Positions 16,510 through 20,403 of a stretch of DNA of 20,403 nt are shown in pieces (within the stretch, counting starts at the first letter, position 1; every line of letters begins with the position of its first letter). The notes beneath the pieces are model-generated. The model saw only the letters and a program-made list of their open reading frames with translations. It ran no database searches and was not told the DNA's origin. A program made the position numbers and the translations under genes. Source of the stretch: an uncultured Gemmatimonadales bacterium (lineage in GTDB: Bacteria > Gemmatimonadota > Gemmatimonadetes > Gemmatimonadales > GWC2-71-9); NCBI GenBank assembly GCA_963695555.1, contig CAVOGR010000011.1:1-20403 (forward strand), read 5' to 3'.

Positions 16510-18347
16510 GCCAGGGAGACCACCTGCCGCATTGGTCGGGGAGCGGCAACTTGCGGCTCAGCGTGATGGGCGAAGCGTGCGAGCAGGGCCGCCACCTGCT
16601 GTCGCAGTTCCCCGCGTCCCGCGCATGGCGGGATGGACTCGATCGCGCGCTGGGCGTAGGTGTCCAACGTTGTCCGACCGCGCTGGTAACCGAAGTGGTC
16701 CACCAAGTTGGGACGGCCAAGCAACGCGTCGGTCGCGGGTCCGTCATCGGCCCGGTCGGCAAAGTCATCGGCGGCCTGATACGTCATTCCTATCCACCGG
16801 CCCAATGGGGTCCACTGCTCTGGGTCGCCCCCTGCAACCAGCGCCCCGGTGGCCGCCGCCGCCTCGAACAGGGCGGCTGTCTTCGCAGCGTGGTACTCGG
16901 CCAGGTCGGCTTCGGACTCCGCCTCCCACCCTTGCCCCGCGACCAGGCCGCCGCGCGAACCGACCGCACGAGCCAGCCGACGGATCACCTCACGTTGGCG
17001 CTGGTCGACCCCCGACCTACCGGTCGCGAGGGCCAGTTCCTCGAAGGCGCCGACAATGAGTGCGTCGGACGCGAGCACCGCGAGCGACTCGCCGAAGACC
17101 CGATAAACCGAGGGCCGGCCGCGCCGCATCCCCGCGTCGTCGAAGCTCGGCAAGTCGTCCTGAACCAGCGAGGCGCAGTGGAGCAGCTCGATGGCCACGG
17201 CGGTCGGCTCCAGCAACGGAGCGGAGGAATTGCCGAGGGCTTCTGCAACCGCGTGGCATAACGTTGGCCGCAAGCGATGGCCCGCGGGAAACACCGCGTA
17301 CCGAATCGCCCGCGCGAGGCGCGGTGGGCAGCCAGAACCAGTCAAGCGATCCACGGCCCGTTCGAGCGCAGCTTCAATTCGCGTGGCCGTTCCCGGGGTC
17401 GTGTCCTTCTCGCTGACGGCTTGAATCAAGAACCGGCCACTCGACACCGTCGCCGCGCTCACGCGCGAATCTGGGTTCGCCCCCAAGAGCAGCGCCGAGG
17501 CGGATCTGAGCGCAAGCCAGGTCTTCCGGGTTCCGCTGGTGACGGCACGCTGCGTCACCGAGTCGTAGCCATTGGAGGCAATCACCCGCCCGATGTCCGC
17601 GTAGACCAGTCTCGCAGTCTGGACCGCCACACGGCAATCGGCCGGGAGCAGGCCGACGCCCCGCTCTGCGCGCAGGTACAGCCGATCGGCCTCTTCGAGG
17701 AGCCGCTGGACGACCCCGCCGAGAGCGGGAGAGAACACCGGGTTGGTCAGCCACTCGTCGGGATCGAGCCCGGCTTCGCGCATCCAGGTGCGCGGGAGGT
17801 AGAGCCGGCCGCGGCCGGCGTCCTCGCCCACGTCCCGGGCGATGTTGGTGAGCTGCATGGCGACGCCGAGATCGCAGGCGCGCGACAGCGTCTCCTGGTC
17901 ACGACGCCCCATGATTGCCGTCACCATCACTCCGACCGTTCCGGCCACCCGCGCGGCGTAGGCATGGAGTTCGTCGAGCGTCTCGTAGCGACGCCGCTCG
18001 ATTTCCCAGGAGAACCCTTCCAGCAGCGCGTCGGGCAACTCGCGGGGAATACGAAAACGTTCGACCACCTTCGACAGCGCCCTGTCCTCCGGATGCGCCA
18101 TCGGGCGGCCCGTGTACATGCGGTCGAGCCGCCCGCGCAGCGCATCGACGGCCGCGTGCGTCACGGCCCCGTGATCGATGATGTCATCGGCCATGCGGCA
18201 GAAGGCATACAATGCCGTGACCGGGCCACGCACCCTGGCCGGCAAGAGGCGAGATGCGCGGAAGAAACTCCGCGAGCCGCGCCGAAGCATCTCTTCGCAC
18301 ACCTTTGCATCGTGCGGCGCGATGGCCGGCGGCTCAGTGGAGATCAT
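16506..18347 (-). CDS. crtB-crtE: Bifunctional phytoene synthase (CrtB, N-terminal) - geranylgeranyl diphosphate synthase (CrtE, C-terminal) fusion, about 613 aa
   Basis: CrtB motifs: GSRSF, LYAFCRxADDxID, YAARVAGTVG, LGVAMQLTNIARDVGEDAxRGRLYLP. CrtE motifs: RLRP, ELLHCASLVQDDLPSFDDAxxRRGRPS, GQ, KTAALF, YQxADDxxD. No stop codon between the two. ATG 18347 overlaps the crtI end by 14 nt. Confidence 0.9.
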   Translation of the reverse strand: MISTEPPAIAPHDAKVCEEMLRRGSRSFFRASRLLPARVRGPVTALYAFCRMADDIIDHGAVTHAAVDALRGRLDRMYTGRPMAHPEDRALSKVVERFRIPRELPDALLEGFSWEIERRRYETLDELHAYAARVAGTVGVMVTAIMGRRDQETLSRACDLGVAMQLTNIARDVGEDAGRGRLYLPRTWMREAGLDPDEWLTNPVFSPALGGVVQRLLEEADRLYLRAERGVGLLPADCRVAVQTARLVYADIGRVIASNGYDSVTQRAVTSGTRKTWLALRSASALLLGANPDSRVSAATVSSGRFLIQAVSEKDTTPGTATRIEAALERAVDRLTGSGCPPRLARAIRYAVFPAGHRLRPTLCHAVAEALGNSSAPLLEPTAVAIELLHCASLVQDDLPSFDDAGMRRGRPSVYRVFGESLAVLASDALIVGAFEELALATGRSGVDQRQREVIRRLARAVGSRGGLVAGQGWEAESEADLAEYHAAKTAALFEAAAATGALVAGGDPEQWTPLGRWIGMTYQAADDFADRADDGPATDALLGRPNLVDHFGYQRGRTTLDTYAQRAIESIPPCAGRGELRQQVAALLARFAHHAEPQVAAPRPMRQVVSLA

Positions 18348-19890
18348 GGGGACTCGGAACGACGCGGTCGAGGACCTTGGCCGATGAGAGGACGCCCGGG
18401 ACTCCGGCGCCGGGATGCGTGCCGGCGCCGACCAGATAGAGGCGGTCGACATCTTCACTCCGATTGTGAGGACGGAAATAGGCGCTTTGCGTGAGCAGCG
18501 GCTCGAAGCTGAATGCCGCACCCTTGGGTGACAGCAATTCGTCCCGAAACTTCAGCGGCGTCAGCAGGCGAGACGTGACCAGCTCGGCCTCGAGGCCGGG
18601 GAGAACGGATCGATCGAGGTACGTGGCTATGCGCTGCCGATAGGACTCTGCCTCGCGTACCCAGTCGACCTCGCTTTCGAGGTTCGGCACCGGCGAAAGG
18701 ACATAGAACGCGTCACACCCGGCCGGAGCCAACGACGGATCGGTCGCCGTGGGGCGATGCAGATAGAGGCTGAAGTCTTCCGCGAGGACCTTCCGGTGGA
18801 AGATGTCCTTCAGAAGCCCCTCATAGCGAGGGCCCATGAGAATCGTGTGGTGGGCCACGTCGTCGTACCTGCGTCGGGTACCGAAATACCACACGAAGAG
18901 ACTCATCGAGTAGCGTGCACACCGCAGCAGCGACCGGTTCCACTCGGACGTGGCGGATGGGGGAAGCAGCTTCCCGTAGGTCCAGCCCGGATCGGCGTTG
19001 GATACCACCAGATCGGCCGCGATGTGCCGGCCGGACGCGAGCCTGACACCGGTGGCGCGCCGGCCCTGAAGGGTGATCTCGCGCACGTCTTGATTCATCA
19101 GCACCTGCCCGCCCAAACCCTCGATGAGGCGGACCATCCCCTGCACCAGGACACCGGTCCCGCCCATCGGGAAATGAACGCCCCACCGCCGCTCGAGATA
19201 GGCGATCAGTGAATAGATGGAGGTGGTCTCGAACGGATTGCCGCCCACCAGCAGAGGATGGAAGCTGAGGATGCTTCTGAGCCGTGGGTCCTTGACGTGT
19301 TTGGCGACCAGTCCGAACACCGAGCGATAGCTCTCGAGCCGGATCATGGCGGGAAGGATCTTGGCCATATCCCACAAGGACGAGAACGGAACGTCGGCCA
19401 GCTGCTCGAAGCCAACCCGGAAGATCCGCTCGCTGGTTCGGACGAACGATTCGTAGCCGGCCACGTCACCCGGAGAGAGCCGGCCGACCTCCCGGCGCAT
19501 CGCTTCGGCCGAGCCGGTGTAGTCGAACACCGTCCCGTCCTCGAACCGGATCCGGTAGAAGGGCGACACCGGACGGAGGTCCACATCGTCCGCCAAGGAC
19601 CGACCGGCGAGGGCCCAGAGCTCCTCGAACAAGTGGGGAGCCGTGATGACCGTAGGGCCGGCGTCGAAGGTGAATCCGTCCTGGCGGAACACCCGGGCTC
19701 GCCCGCCGGGCTGATCCAACCGCTCGAGCACCGTCACCCGGTAACCCCGGGCGGCCAGCCGGATAGCGGCAGCTAGCCCGCCGAAACCGGCCCCAATGAC
19801 CACGGCATGGCAGCTGGACGCGCCTGTTCCTGGCTTCCGGCCCTCGAGAGGTATGGATCCAGGTTCCTGAGTTGGATGGTTGTCTATCAT
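18334..19890 (-). CDS. crtI: Phytoene desaturase
   Basis: VIGAGFGGLAAAIRL FAD-binding motif, GGRA...FDAGPTVIT, SFHPLLVGGNPF, DFSLYLHRP, LYLVGAGTHPGAGVPGV; AAAGGA upstream of the ATG. Confidence 0.96.
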   Translation of the reverse strand: MIDNHPTQEPGSIPLEGRKPGTGASSCHAVVIGAGFGGLAAAIRLAARGYRVTVLERLDQPGGRARVFRQDGFTFDAGPTVITAPHLFEELWALAGRSLADDVDLRPVSPFYRIRFEDGTVFDYTGSAEAMRREVGRLSPGDVAGYESFVRTSERIFRVGFEQLADVPFSSLWDMAKILPAMIRLESYRSVFGLVAKHVKDPRLRSILSFHPLLVGGNPFETTSIYSLIAYLERRWGVHFPMGGTGVLVQGMVRLIEGLGGQVLMNQDVREITLQGRRATGVRLASGRHIAADLVVSNADPGWTYGKLLPPSATSEWNRSLLRCARYSMSLFVWYFGTRRRYDDVAHHTILMGPRYEGLLKDIFHRKVLAEDFSLYLHRPTATDPSLAPAGCDAFYVLSPVPNLESEVDWVREAESYRQRIATYLDRSVLPGLEAELVTSRLLTPLKFRDELLSPKGAAFSFEPLLTQSAYFRPHNRSEDVDRLYLVGAGTHPGAGVPGVLSSAKVLDRVVPSPHDLH

Positions 19891-19928
19891 CTGTCCTTTA
19901 CAATACTATGACAGATGAGATTTGTCCA
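19881..19928 (-). promoter_or_regulatory. Putative crt promoter with an overlapping inverted-repeat operator
   Basis: The minus strand reads TGGACA-N17-TATTGT. A perfect 9-bp inverted repeat TCATCTGTC-N14-GACAGATGA spans 19887-19918 in a locally AT-rich patch. Confidence 0.55.
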
Positions 19929-19933
19929 GCCCT

Positions 19934-19969
19934 GAAAAGGCCAGGGGCCCGCCGCCTGGTCGGGCCCCC
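19934..19969 (-). terminator. Putative terminator after the USP gene
   Basis: GGGGCCCG / CGGGCCCC stem (19944-19968), followed on the minus strand by TGGCCTTTTC. The U-tract is slightly displaced from the stem. Confidence 0.55.
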
Positions 19970-19988
19970 GAAGAGTCACTGCGCCTTC

Positions 19989-20023
19989 CTCTCTGCTCCC
20001 TACTCCCTACTCCCTACTCCCTC
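19989..20023. repeat. CTCCCTA heptamer tandem repeat (3 perfect plus 2 degenerate copies)
   Basis: CTCTCTG CTCCCTA CTCCCTA CTCCCTA CTCCCTC immediately after the USP stop codon. Confidence 0.8.
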
Positions 20024-20025
20024 AC

Positions 20026-20403
20026 TCACCCCTGCGGCCTACACACCAGCACAGGAACGCTCGCCCCCCGAATCACCTTGTCGGTAACGCTGCCCAGCGC
20101 CAGCAGGCGGATGCCTTTCTCGCCGTGGGTGGCGATGGCGATGGCGTCCGCCTCGAGGCGGTCGACCTGTTCGAGGATGGTGCTCGCGACGTCGCCTCCT
20201 TGCACTACCTCGGGCGTGTCCACGTCGACCCCGCGTACCCGGAGGTCGCTCGCGATGTTGCGCAGGTAGGTTGCGGCGGCTTCAGTGCCGAGGCCGATAG
20301 TGGAGAGCTCGTCGGCGCCAGGCTTGAACGTAAAGGAAGGCCGGTCGATACCGGACGGGCCCTCGACGACGTGGAGCGGGATCACCGCCGCCGAGAAGAT
20401 CTC
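20026..20403 (-). CDS. Universal stress protein (5' end outside the window)
   Basis: LHVV...ADAIAIATHGxxG...LGSVTDKVIRGASVPVLV signature; the frame stays open to the window end (EIFSAAVIPLHVVE). Confidence 0.9.
   Translation of the reverse strand, partial: EIFSAAVIPLHVVEGPSGIDRPSFTFKPGADELSTIGLGTEAAATYLRNIASDLRVRGVDVDTPEVVQGGDVASTILEQVDRLEADAIAIATHGEKGIRLLALGSVTDKVIRGASVPVLVCRPQG

Noticed and set aside
18348..18521. N-terminal extension of the CrtB-CrtE ORF
   Set aside because: It lies within the conserved crtI C-terminus. ATG 18347 fits the usual CrtB start.
19881..19913. PpsR/CrtJ operator
   Set aside because: The TGT...ACA spacing is 16 rather than 12, and there are no photosynthesis genes in the window.
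19989..20023. CRISPR array or telomere-like repeat
   Set aside because: The units are 7 bp with no spacers, there are few copies, and no cas genes are present.

Overview
High-GC bacterial chromosomal window, densely coding and mostly on the minus strand. Gene style suggests Gemmatimonadota, but this is an inference. From left to right: a partial UspB-like membrane protein, DUF2461, two secreted hypothetical proteins, a glycine-zipper protein, DUF6884 with inorganic pyrophosphatase, a secreted M28 peptidase, a lipoprotein metallophosphoesterase, an alkyltransferase-like (PWHRV) protein, a secreted alpha/beta-hydrolase fusion coupled to a GNAT, DUF2231, a three-domain secreted protein coupled to DUF1003 and an IT-superfamily antiporter, two small membrane proteins, a carotenoid operon, and a partial universal stress protein. 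The main highlight is the operon crtI - crtB::crtE - cruF, in which phytoene synthase and GGPP synthase form one uninterrupted ORF of about 613 aa. The operon has an operator-like inverted repeat over its promoter and start codon. Both of its boundaries carry CTCCCTA heptamer repeats next to a terminator-like hairpin. No RNA genes, CRISPR arrays or transposases were recognised. Family calls come from motif recognition, not database searches.
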